A DNA stretch of 35,099 nucleotides from Bigelowiella natans CCMP2755 (GCA_000320545.1 ADNK01000984.1:1-35099), one strand, 5' to 3'; positions 1 through 10,413 are shown, counted from the stretch's first letter. The notes: generated by a model not told the origin, from the letters alone. Program-made: numbers and translations.

Positions 1-300
1 GTCGGTGACCGCCGCTGCTGCTAATGCCGGCTTCTGCGTGTCTTTCCCATCCTTCGCAGTGGAGGTTGGTGGTGGCGGCGAGGCTTGCTTCTCCGACGGC
101 TGCAGCACAGCACGAACTCCACCTGCCACGACGGGAGCGATGATAGGCCCTCTCATCGGTAGTTGCTGCTGCTGCCGCTGCCGCTGCCGCTGGTGGTGAT
201 GATGGATAGCAGCGACGTGCGCAGCTGCGGCCGCGGCCGCAGCTGCCTTCTTGCCAGTACCCCCCTTCTTCATGGCGGTGTCACATGCATGGAGAAGGGC
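1..300 (-). CDS. Internal exon of a low-complexity host protein (partial, runs off window start)
   Basis: Minus-strand acceptor ...ccgcaatcctcag| at 301, then an open frame ALLHACDTAMKKGGTGKKAAAAAAAAHVAAIHHHHQRQRQRQQQQLPMRGP...AAAAVTD to position 1. No upstream exon is visible. Confidence 0.55.
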
Positions 301-418
301 CTGAGGATTGCGGTGATAATAGGGACGGAAGGAGGGGGGGGGGGGATTTGGTACTTTTCTCGTCGCCACGAAGACGCTGAAAATTAAAAGAGTCCGTGTA
401 ACTAAATGGTACCACACA

Positions 419-2362
419 GTGTTTAAGTTTCCTTCGCTGAAGAGAAACAAAGTTAGTGATTCGGCTTTGGCGTACCTTTATCCAGAAGGTCCTGCCGACG
501 CGGACGCCCCCGAACCATCCAGTGCAACTGACGAGTCGCCAGAGGATGGTGGGCCTGAAACAAAAGCAAAAAGTAAGCCTCGAAGGTCGAATAGAGAAAA
601 TAGGGGAGTACCTGGTATTCGTTACGGAATACTTGGTAGCTATTACGACCGCCTGATGAATATAAAAGCTCCATCAGTACATGAGATCGAGGACCTTCCT
701 AAGACGTATGACGATGCAATCACAGGAGATGATAAGAAGCATTGGATACCTTCTACGGAAGAGGAACTGCACCAGCTTCGAAAACTTGGAACGTTTACGC
801 TGGTAGTGCGACCTAAGGATACAAATTTCGTTACATCTAAATGGGTATTCAAGAAGAAAATAAATGTAGACTATACCATTCGGTATAAGTCAAGGCTGGT
901 CGCGCGAGGGTTCACGCAGATCCCGGGAGAAGACTCCTTCTTCTCTTATTCCCCGACGTTGTCCCTAAATAGTTTTCGGATAATGTTAGCCATAGCATCT
1001 ATCCTCAAGCTAAAACTACACGGGATAGATATACTTACAGCTTTCCTAACTGGAAAGATGGACTGTAAAGTATACATGGAAATACCTAAAGGGTGGAAGC
1101 CGAAGACACCTGATGAAATCCGGCTATACAACAGTGGCCTTCCACTAGCCCTACTGGTAAATAAAAGCATTTATGGGCTGACACAAGCAAGTGCAATATT
1201 CAGCCTTACCTTGCTCGAGCATCTCAACGCCATTGGCTTCGTCCAGCTTTACTCCGATCCTTGCCTAATGATAATGCACAGACAAGGAAGAATCATCATA
1301 TTGTCATGTTTCGTGGATGACATATGCATAGCATATCAAGATAAGAAAGACCTGGACTTTGTCATGAAGCGAATAGGCGACAAGTTTGAGTTTCGCGATG
1401 AAGGCGAGCTAAAGAAAACACTGGGCATAAGAGTTGGTAGCGACAATGAGGGAAACTATTGGATATCGCAGGAAGATTACCTCACCAGACTCGCCCAGAA
1501 GTATGATATCACGCCTACGAAAAGAGCAAAAACACCAATGATAACAGGATCAAAGTTAGACGAATACGTGGAACATGAAAAAGTAGATCAGAAGGCATAC
1601 AGATCCATCATAGGAGCAGCAATGTATGCAGCGGTGGCTACTAGGCCAGACATCTGCTACACTCTATCTCGTCTAGCTTCCTACAGTCAAGATCCTAGAA
1701 CTATACACTACATCGCTGCAGTGCGCTTACTACAATATCTGGTCAACACAAAGGACAAAAGAATTACCTTTAAAGCAGCGTCCAAACCTGAGCTTAAAGC
1801 CTACGTCGATGCTTCCTGGAAGACCTGCAAGAAAACGGGTAAATCATATTCAGGATATTTCATATCGCTAAGCAACGCACCTGTTGTCTGGAAGAGCAAC
1901 AAGCAAAAGGTCGTTGCTATGTCCAGTGGCGAGGCTGAGTACATAGCATTATCAGATATATGCAGAGAGTTAGTGTATGTCACTCAGTTACTACAGGAGT
2001 TAAAAATGAAAATACCGAACCCTGTACCTGTGTATTGTGACTCTCAAGCAGCTATCTCCATTGCAGCCAAGCCTGGATTCACACAGAAAGGCAAGAACAT
2101 AAGGATAGAATATCACAATGTTCGTGATAACTATCAAACCAAGCAGATCTGCATAAACAAAATACCTGGGGAGGACAATCCCGCTGATATACTTACCAAG
2201 GCTCTACCAGGACCTAGCAACAAGAAACACTGTGATTTCTTGTTCCCTATATCATACAGAGAAAAACTAACCATCATGCTACAAGGCACCAGAAAAAGAA
2301 AAATAACAACAAAGGCTCTACCTTACAAGCTCCCTCGCCTTGTCGGCCCCACGTCCGCTTAG
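419..2362 (+). CDS. pol: Copia pol fragment: post-integrase linker, RVT_2 reverse transcriptase, Ty1/copia RNase H
   Basis: RT motifs SKWVFKKK, RYKSRLVARGFTQ, DILTAFL, KSIYGLTQA, FVDD and TRPDI. RNase H acidic residues in YVDASW, SSGEAEY, YCDSQAA and NPADILTK. No stops or frameshifts. The annotated GTG start is not a true start. Confidence 0.97.
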   Translation: MFKFPSLKRNKVSDSALAYLYPEGPADADAPEPSSATDESPEDGGPETKAKSKPRRSNRENRGVPGIRYGILGSYYDRLMNIKAPSVHEIEDLPKTYDDAITGDDKKHWIPSTEEELHQLRKLGTFTLVVRPKDTNFVTSKWVFKKKINVDYTIRYKSRLVARGFTQIPGEDSFFSYSPTLSLNSFRIMLAIASILKLKLHGIDILTAFLTGKMDCKVYMEIPKGWKPKTPDEIRLYNSGLPLALLVNKSIYGLTQASAIFSLTLLEHLNAIGFVQLYSDPCLMIMHRQGRIIILSCFVDDICIAYQDKKDLDFVMKRIGDKFEFRDEGELKKTLGIRVGSDNEGNYWISQEDYLTRLAQKYDITPTKRAKTPMITGSKLDEYVEHEKVDQKAYRSIIGAAMYAAVATRPDICYTLSRLASYSQDPRTIHYIAAVRLLQYLVNTKDKRITFKAASKPELKAYVDASWKTCKKTGKSYSGYFISLSNAPVVWKSNKQKVVAMSSGEAEYIALSDICRELVYVTQLLQELKMKIPNPVPVYCDSQAAISIAAKPGFTQKGKNIRIEYHNVRDNYQTKQICINKIPGEDNPADILTKALPGPSNKKHCDFLFPISYREKLTIMLQGTRKRKITTKALPYKLPRLVGPTSA

Positions 2363-2595
2363 ACGCCCTATAAAAGCCCCACGTCCATCTAGAAACCTAC
2401 AACATATGAACATATAGGCTGCAAGGTTTTAATGGCACACATCTTTATATGTGTGTACCTTTCCTTGCGTATCTTACTATGGACTATATGCACAGCTATG
2501 TGCACAGCTCCGATGGGGGCGAATGTAAATTACGCTATGGATTATATAATTGCACAGTGTCTGTCTTCCAGACACTGCACAATCATGGGGGCGAA

Positions 2596-2916
2596 TGTGG
2601 AACAAAGACAGGATACCTACAAAACAAGAACAAGATATAAGGCTATATACTACGAGATACCTACGAAATTAAAAATAAATAAGACAGAAAAAAACTGCCT
2701 TCCCTGTGTGGAGGTGTGGAAGAACAATGTCGCTATGACCAGAGTATGATGCCTTCAGACCCACGAAGGCAGACTGTATTCTCTTCGGCATTCCTTCTCG
2801 ATCTGGCATGGCTGCAACCCAGCCAGCCAACAGTATTTGGAGCCCAGCCCGCAATTTCGTCTCTCAGGGAAGAGCTCCATTGGGGGACGTGGACGTGTAC
2901 GTAGCTCGCCTCATCA
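2596..2916 (+). repeat. Probable 3' LTR (TG...CA), preceded by PPT at 2585-2595
   Basis: TG immediately follows ATGGGGGCGAA. TATAA near 2636, AATAAA near 2674, ends ...CTCATCA. With no 5' LTR in the window the ends are unconfirmed, and 2524 is an alternative start. Confidence 0.5.
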
Positions 2917-3003
2917 CAAGAGGTGGGGCAAGGTGAAGAGTTAAAAGCACGGTCGATCGAAGTTCCTAAATTTGGGGACCTGACTATGGGAAACCAGATC
3001 GGT

Positions 3004-3086
3004 GTTCCAGAATGTTCCAGAATGTTCCAGAATGTTCCAGAATGTTTTCTGGAAGCACGTGAGGGATTCCAGAATTTTTTCTGGAA
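3004..3086. promoter_or_regulatory. Short HSE-like array: (GTTCCAGAAT)x4 plus three further TTCnnGAA units
   Basis: Read directly. Matches the alternating nTTCn/nGAAn HSF consensus. Function untested. Confidence 0.5.
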
Positions 3087-3091
3087 GCACA

Positions 3092-3846
3092 CTGGTGTCG
3101 TTTAAAAAATTAATTTTTTGGACAAGTCCCAGTTCGTACCGAAATGGTGGCACCTTGCCCAGTCAGGCAAGAATTTTTCCTGCCGATTTCGGAGTGCACC
3201 ATGCCCATGGCACCTTGCCCAGTTGCAAGCCTGGGAATTTTGTGCCTCTGCACAGAGTTTCAGGCGTCTGGTGGTGCGATGTTTGGTCGGCAAAATTTTG
3301 CCAACCATTCGGACTCCGAAACCTTTGGGAATGGCGTCCATGTGCAGCACCGTGCAAAAGTTCTGTCACCATGGCAGAAATGGCACGTGCACATCAGCAC
3401 TCTGATCGTGGTCACCACGTCCATGGGGGCGTGTCAGCGGTCTGGCCGCGCCACCCACGATCAAGGAGCTGTCGCAGCATGCGCACGTCCACTCGTGCTG
3501 CACGCTGCGCTGCGCACATGCGCATGGAAGTTCTCAGAACTTCGGGAATCTTCGAGAAGCTTCGAGAATCTTCCAGAAGCTTCGAGAACATTCCGGAAGA
3601 TTCGAGAATCTTCCAGAATCTTCGAGAGCATTCCGGAAGCTTCGAGAATCTTCCAGAGAATTCGAGAGAATTCTGGAAGATTCGAGAATCTTCGCGAATG
3701 CGCCGGAACCCAATGCGCACATGCATGCAGCGCAAGTCACAAGTCATCAAAGAATTCAAACGCACACAGGACCGCGTGTTGACACTCAGTGACATCAGCA
3801 CAGTCCCGCGCACAAAAGCTAAGCAGCTACCGCAAGCCCGCTAAAA
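3092..3846 (+). repeat. Left copy of a long inverted repeat (TIR-like; true end probably further left, about 2917-2925)
   Basis: Reverse complement of 34401-35099. Near-identical in the outer part and more diverged over the inner ~110 bp. Confidence 0.95.
3541..3700. promoter_or_regulatory. Phased heat-shock-element-like array of 16 x 10 bp TTCnnGAAnn
   Basis: Sixteen consecutive in-register decamers: 13 perfect TTCnnGAA and 3 TTCnnGAG. Confidence 0.65.
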
Positions 3847-4189
3847 GGCAATGTGAGCAATTGCACAATTGCAACGGACGCGTGACAGCGATGTGTGGCT
3901 TGATCAACCCGGCGGCGTGCACGCACGTGCACTGCGCAATTTGCATGCATTGCTCAATCGGTCCTGCTGCCGTGCACAATGCTGATCATACGGTCTCCAG
4001 CACATCGTTTGACTGTGGACACTCAGCGCTGGCTGGCTCCAGGGCTGGCTGAAGTGACTTTCATGCATGGTGGACGTTGTCATCACGTGCACGTGTTTTT
4101 GCGCGTGCGTGCATATGTGGGGACTTGTGTCCCCACAACGATGGTCCATGGTCGGATGATCCAAAGGAGCACCCACAACGCTTTGGTGA

Positions 4190-4980
4190 ACAATGGACAA
4201 TCAATGAGCAACAGAATGAACAATGATGACGAACTGCACGCCCAAAGGCATTGGTTTTGAAGGTCTGAACAATGAGCAACGAAGAACGTGACAAACTGCG
4301 TTTGCAGTGCACGAAATGCAGTGCCTCGAACTGATCTGAGTGAATGATGAGGATCGTTGGATCTCACAATGAACAATGAACAATGATGATGAACTGCATT
4401 TCCAAAGTGTTGCAAGACACTTGCAGTGTGCGAAACGCAGCGCCTCGAACTGACTTCAGTGAGGACCAACTGAACAATGAACAATGAACAACGATGAAAA
4501 ACCACGTTTCCAAAGTGTGACAAGACACTTGCAATGAGAACAATGAGAACAATGATGAAAAATCACATTTCCAAAGTGTGACAAGACGTTTGCAGCGTGC
4601 GAAGTGCAGTGCCTCGAACTGGCTTCAGTGAGGACTGACTGGCAAGCTTATGATGTGCGAAACACAGTGCCTCGAACTGGCAATGAACAATGAACAATGA
4701 ACAATGATGAAAAACTGCACCTCCAAAGTGTGACAGGACACTTGCAACGTGCGAAGTGCAGTGCCTCGTGAGGACTGACTGGCAAACTAGCTAGCTAGCG
4801 GGGTTCGTGCAAATTGGCACGAACTGAAAATTGAATGCATCACAACTGACAGCTAAGTGACGACGACGCAAAGCATCCATCCTCAGCAAGAACTTCCTGA
4901 CATGACAGCCACGTCCACACGGAGATCAACGTTGGGGACAGCCACTGTCTTCAGTGAGGACTGACTAGCAAACTACCGGT
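4190..4980. repeat. Degenerate subterminal tandem repeats (unit about 110-140 bp, with an AACAATG sub-repeat)
   Basis: Recurring blocks aacaatgaacaatgatga, tccaaagtgtgacaagacacttgca, gcagtgcctcgaactg and cttcagtgaggactgact in about 5 full or partial copies. Confidence 0.85.
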
Positions 4981-5063
4981 AGTGAACCAGCAAGGTTTTT
5001 TCACATTGTTCAATTCTTGCAGGTCGCACAACAAAAAACACACATCTTCTTATTTTTCATTGA

Positions 5064-7004
5064 ATGCAGTCAATTATTGATCAACGTCAATATTCTCACC
5101 AAGTCGCATTTTCGAAATTGTCATTGCAACAACCGCCGCAACAAACAGTACAGCACATCGCACCGACCGCCGCCCCACTCATGGGGCAAGTTCGGCCGTT
5201 CTGGATGCGTAGGGCTGGGGTGGGTTTGTGCATTTTTGGGGCCTTGTTGATGGCCTCGTCCTCGATGGATTACAAGTTGGAACGAAGTGGAAGTTTCCTG
5301 TTCGCGACACGATGCGGCAGAAGAAGCAGTGTGGACGATGATGGCGGCATCATGAGATGTGGTTTACAGAAACATCGTTTCAATATGCTGAGGGGAGGCA
5401 GAGTTCCGGATGACAATGGATCAGAGATTGTATATGGGAGTGAAGATAAGGGTGATGATGAGGGTGCTGGTGACGACTACGACATGCACAACTGTGATGA
5501 AGGTGATGGTGATGCTTATGAGGGGGACGGAATGGCGGGGGAGTATGTAGATACAAATCCTCCCAAAGACCGAAACGGCAGGAATCAGAGAGCGTATAAT
5601 GACGAAGATGAAGCTCACATAGAAGTGGAGGAAGAAGATTGGACAGATAAGCAAGGTGGAAGAGACGATGGTGAAGGAACTTCTCGTCGCAGACCAAACT
5701 ATGCAAATGAGGCAGCAGGAGAAGAAAGAGAAGATTCTTCTACTAGACCATCCTCTCAGTATCACCAACGGAGAGGAAGTCGGCTAGGTGGTGGGCAACA
5801 GCAACGGCGACAATGGGTTTCTCGAGGAGGAGGAGGAGGAGGAGGAGGAGGAGGAGGAGGGGCTGTTAGTGGCACCAATCGCTGGGGCGGTGGATATAAA
5901 AATAGACGAGGAAAGTTCATGTATAGGCGCATGAGAAGAAATGCACAGCCACCTAGAATCAGGACGAGACCACCAATGAAAAGAAGAATACCAGGGGTAT
6001 ATAATATTTTTTTTTTCCGTATTATCATCGTGATACACTTTTTATGATAGTTAGAGCTTTTTGGATGATTAATTGTAAAGGGCAGCAATACGAAGAGCTT
6101 TTTGGATGATTATTTATAAAGGGCAGCAATACGAATAATGATGCTTCATCAGGTTTCTTCGTATCTAGATCCATCCATAACAAAAGAAGTTTTAAAGAAT
6201 AGGAAAGCTCAGATAGATGCAAGGTATCAACCTGATTCGTTTTGTTTCCTTGCAAACATCATAGAAATACGAAATTGTCTAAGAGACACGGGAGAAAGAG
6301 AGAGATAAGTGAAATCAATGCACAATTGAAGCATCAGTTGTGATAGCACACATCCTGCAAATAGTAATGGAATCCATTAGTTTGCCTTACAGTAGACAGA
6401 GAATGTTTTTCGAAAATATTACTGGTCTGGCCATAATATCGGTTTAATTTGTTCAGGGCTGCCAAAATTGAGGCAGAGATGATGCAACTGAAAGCTGAAA
6501 TGCTAAACAAAACAGAGGAAATTTTGAAATTGAAGGTTACTCTTTTACCTTAATACGAATCAAAGCACTTACTAATTTTGTTCCAGGGTATTAAACTGAG
6601 ACTTATTGGAGATCCCGTTGCTGCACATATCGCTGAACTCAAGCAACAAGAAAAGGTGATGATTGATGATCTACTTATTTACGGTGCCATGGAATGGAAG
6701 CGTTGCCTTCCCCCGCAATCATAAGAGGATATGATTCATGATAAAGTTGACGATATTAAATACTAATTATAGTAAGTCATCAATCTCTTTGGGTAACACC
6801 ATTTTATTACCTTAGGATGCCGTTGGGTCAAAAGATTATTTAACAGCACATAAATTGCAGAAGGAAATCAAAGAACTTGAACAAAAACATATGAAAACTT
6901 CTCCAATTCAACACTCTCATGCCAATTCTTCAGCAACTTCCTTTCCAAAAGATGTTTCAGCTGAGAATCAAGTGGCCCCTGTAGAGGCAGAAATGCTCAC
7001 ATAA
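5064..7004 (+). CDS. Spliced gene: hydrophobic leader plus MLRGG, acidic and RG-rich disordered region, coiled coil with a UVR (UvrB/C)-like motif
   Basis: Phase-consistent exons at about 5064/5181-5996, 6153-6223 (VSSYLDPSITKEVLKNRKAQIDAR), 6457-6535, 6588-6655 and 6817-7004. The last two join as IAELKQQEK|DAVGSKDYLTAHKLQKEIKELE. Stop TAA at 7002-7004. Confidence 0.75.
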
Positions 7005-7076
7005 AAATGTTGAGGTGTAGGAACCCTCAGATAATGTTACAATATATGTACACAAACACACACATATATAATATAT

Positions 7077-7113
<37 letters not shown>

Positions 7114-7440
7114 ATGAGCACGTAAGGTTGAAAATGTGTGCCGAATAATTTTGTGTAGCTCAGCTGCAACAGCAGTATAGTTTCTTCTTGAGTTGATTCG
7201 AATCTTCGTCTTTTCACAAAGTGAGAGTAATCATGCAGATCTCACCACATCTTGATTGATGGTAAACATGCATGGAAGTATGTGCATGTATGGCTTGCAA
7301 AACATGAAAACTTATTACCATGCACGTGCATGCGTGTTTGTTCGTGCGCTTTTGTCTGTATGTTTTGTGTGCGTGCGTGCGTGTGTGCAAGACGGTTGTA
7401 TTTAATCAATTAAGTTTGTTCAATGGTCATCCGTATGTAG

Positions 7441-7475
<35 letters not shown>

Positions 7476-7746
7476 GTAATTGGATACTGTGCCAGCGGGT
7501 GTATCGTATGTACAGGTGCGAAACGTGCCTGTCACTTTGCTCAATCTTCTTGTGTGTGTAATGACGTGTGACTCGTGTGACGCATCTAGGCATGCTTGCT
7601 GCATGTGTCATGCAACCATGGTAGATGGGATGCATGGAACATGCGGCAGTGCATATCCTCTCAAGAATAACTAGACAAAGGCACGATGTGTGTGATGAAG
7701 AGCACACGAAGGCGTGTTACAATGCAAATGATGGCTGCACTGTGTC

Positions 7747-7978
7747 CACAGTGACGGACAACTAGAGCGTAGCATGTGACAAGCAGTGGCAACGTCTAAT
7801 GTCTACCAGACTTTCGCATTTCAGCTGTCAGCAGCTCACGTGATCGGATCACTTCAATCGTGTCAGAACACAGTGACGGACAACTAGAGCGTAGCAGTGG
7901 CAACGTCTAATGTCTACCAGACTTTCGCATTTCAGCTGTCAGCAGCTCACGTGATCGGATCACTTCGAATCGTGTCAG
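7747..7978. repeat. Tandem direct duplication of about 110-120 bp
   Basis: cacagtgacggacaactagagcgtagca...gatcggatcacttc(g)aatcgtgtcag occurs twice; the copies differ by an ~11 bp and a 1 bp indel. Confidence 0.95.
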
Positions 7979-8758
7979 CGTTCTGGACTGATGCCACACG
8001 TGCAGATCGATCCAGAGCGAGACGTACGTCTAGGACATGCTGGTCCACAATGGAACTGACACAATTGAAAAAAATTAAATATTTTATTACATCGTACATC
8101 CGTCTCACAATGGACAATCCGCCATCGCACTCAGCACTTGTCAAAATGAATCATTGAATCAATCACTGTGCGTTCGTCATTGAATGTTCCCGATCTAGCG
8201 ATTGTGATGAGCACACGACAAATCAAAAGATGCACTGCATGAGTGCGCGCGCATGACAGCAATGGGCCGCAGCGCGCACGGACCTTGCTAGCTTGTTTGA
8301 GCTGCAGCTGTTTTGCAACTTGCAACTCCTGTGAGCATGATTGAAGTGAGAAAATGAAACGTTTTTGACCTGACATTCTTCTCTTGAAGACATCTCACAA
8401 AAAATGTGTCGCCGGCTTTTTGACAATTGCTAAAAGCACTTGAGCACTAACGCTTTTTCCTTTTCGAAGACGCTAGAACTAAACACGATTTCCGCATGCA
8501 AACTCTTCAGGGAAAGACACTTCGTAATGTTCGGTGTTGCGATTTCAAATTTAAAGTGTGTCACACAAGTGTTCATGCTTGTCACGGCAGCGATGCCAAC
8601 GCATTGCTGTGGCATGAGGACATTCACAAATGCAACAAATGAGTATCTTCCCTTTCACTGTTGCAGATTTACACCATGATGCGCAACTGTTTTCCGCATG
8701 GATCGTTTGTAACATAAACCTCGTTTTATTAATTTGAATTCTTGCTTGTATTGTGCAC

Positions 8759-10366
8759 CTATTTTTGCTTATGTCGCCATGTCCCAGCAAATTGATGCAT
8801 CAAGATGGTGTGATTAGTGACCTAAGTAAATAATTTAGGAATAAAAATGAGACTAATACGAACTATGTGACAAAGTCTTAATAATAAGACCGGAACACAT
8901 AGACCACTTCCCGCACAGAAATATTCACATGGGAGAATCAATGTAGAGAGTTTCCCAGGATCATGTCGCGCTTTCCATTGGTTGATAACTTGTGTCCACA
9001 TAACTGGCCCAGTGTTTGATATCACATCACCCCATGGTCGATCCTTCATATTTCCTAACGCTTTTCAAATAATCGAGAAATTAATATGGCAACAATCCAT
9101 AATATAGAGGGACTAGTAGTCGATTATTACGCTTGCCTTACCACACAGAAATGCATCGAGGAGGGCAGGATGACGGGGTTTTGCTAAAATACACCATTGA
9201 CAATACCTAAAATGATAAGACATTACATTCAGTTCAAGTCCAGCAGTGTGGATAGTCGTCGTCATTTTTCGTTTAACTGCAGCTTTTCATGCGGATAGGA
9301 AACTGGATCAAATTCCAGGCCGATCACTAGTTTTTTCCTGATGAGAAGACGATATCATCATGACTGACGTGCTCGGCATCATCATCCCTCTTGAAGCATC
9401 ATCACCAGTTTGTTGCAGCAGTAAGTACCACCTTAGCATATAATCTGGAAAACGTCTATGTGGAACGGTATCGATATCGACGTAAACTCCGCCTTCGATG
9501 TACAGTACAGCATATCTAAAAATGTCTGCCAATGCCCCCCCATTTCGTATTGTTCGAGTGAACTAAAAACAGCAGCAGCAGATAAGAGAGAGGGGAGGAA
9601 GTATCTCCGACTGAGGCTAGTGATCACTTACGTAATAATAGCCATGGACGAGTAATACCTCAGCATATGTAGGAAAATGCTCATCAAACCACTTGAAAAT
9701 CATTGAATCATTGTAGAACCTACATATACACGACAAAAGAGTTAGAATAGGTCTCAGCAGCAGCAGCAGCAGCAGTCTGACGGGAAGATATTATTATTAT
9801 CATTATTATTACTGAACAACACCAGTAGCTTCCTACCTGTACTCATAATCAGGAAGCACCTTTCTCCACATCCTTTTCATCATAGAGTTTTTAGTGAAAA
9901 ATAGTGTTTCTGCGTTTGTTTTTCATCCTAGTTGGATACAACTAGTTGGATACATCTCATACATTCAATAAGTACTGTACGATTGGACTGCTAACGGCAC
10001 TAAAAAAAAATTCTCATGTCAACCTGGCATTTCGCTCGAATCTTTCTGTCAAAGCACTTGATTTCCATGTTTGATGGAGGATCTTTGGGATTTGGTTCTT
10101 TGTGTTCTCCTTCAACTTGATTGTGTTGGTCTCTCTGCATGTGTCGCTGTCTGTATATCATTGAAAAACAATATTTGTTCCATTGTACTTACAAAATAAC
10201 ATATCTTCCGATGGAAATTAAATGCGGAGTAGTACCTAACGAAATGATGCGTACGTTGGAACCAGAGGACACTATACTCCAATTTCTATCGCATGCGATG
10301 ATCGTTATTACTGCAACAAGAACAAATATACTAATGCTTCCCAGCGTTCTGGGCCTCCTCCTCCAG

Positions 10367-10397
<31 letters not shown>

Positions 10398-10413
10398 GAA
10401 CTACTCTTTGCAT
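8759..10413 (-). CDS. GT32-family DXD glycosyltransferase (OCH1/SUR1-like), type II membrane protein, about 8-9 exons
   Basis: N-terminal TM segment SISIFVLVAVITII. Motifs in canonical order across GT-AG exons: IPKILHQTWK, PDYEYR|FYND, ADIFRYAVLYIEGGVYVDID, QWCILAKPRHP, TGPVMWT, HQFAGTWRHKQK*. Confidence 0.92.

Larger units (their letters stand above)
346..2916 (+). mobile_element. Ty1/copia LTR retrotransposon, 5'-truncated (no 5' LTR, gag, protease or integrase core)
   Basis: RT followed by RNase H, then a purine-rich tract ATGGGGGCGAA followed by TG, and a candidate LTR ending TCATCA at 2916. The reading frame stays open back to the G-run at 334-345. Confidence 0.9.

Noticed and set aside
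3002-4552. Many overlapping ORFs on both strands (e.g. 280 aa at 3002-3844), with mirror ORFs at 34411-35089
   Set aside because: A by-product of missing TAA/TAG in TpA-depleted repeat DNA. The translations are His/Cys/Ala-rich with no domain motifs, and indels between the arms break the frames.
8430-8627. Weak resemblance to an M16 peptidase segment (FSSSVFEKEKALVL)
   Set aside because: No HxxEH motif, an upstream in-frame stop, and it lies in degenerate intergenic DNA.
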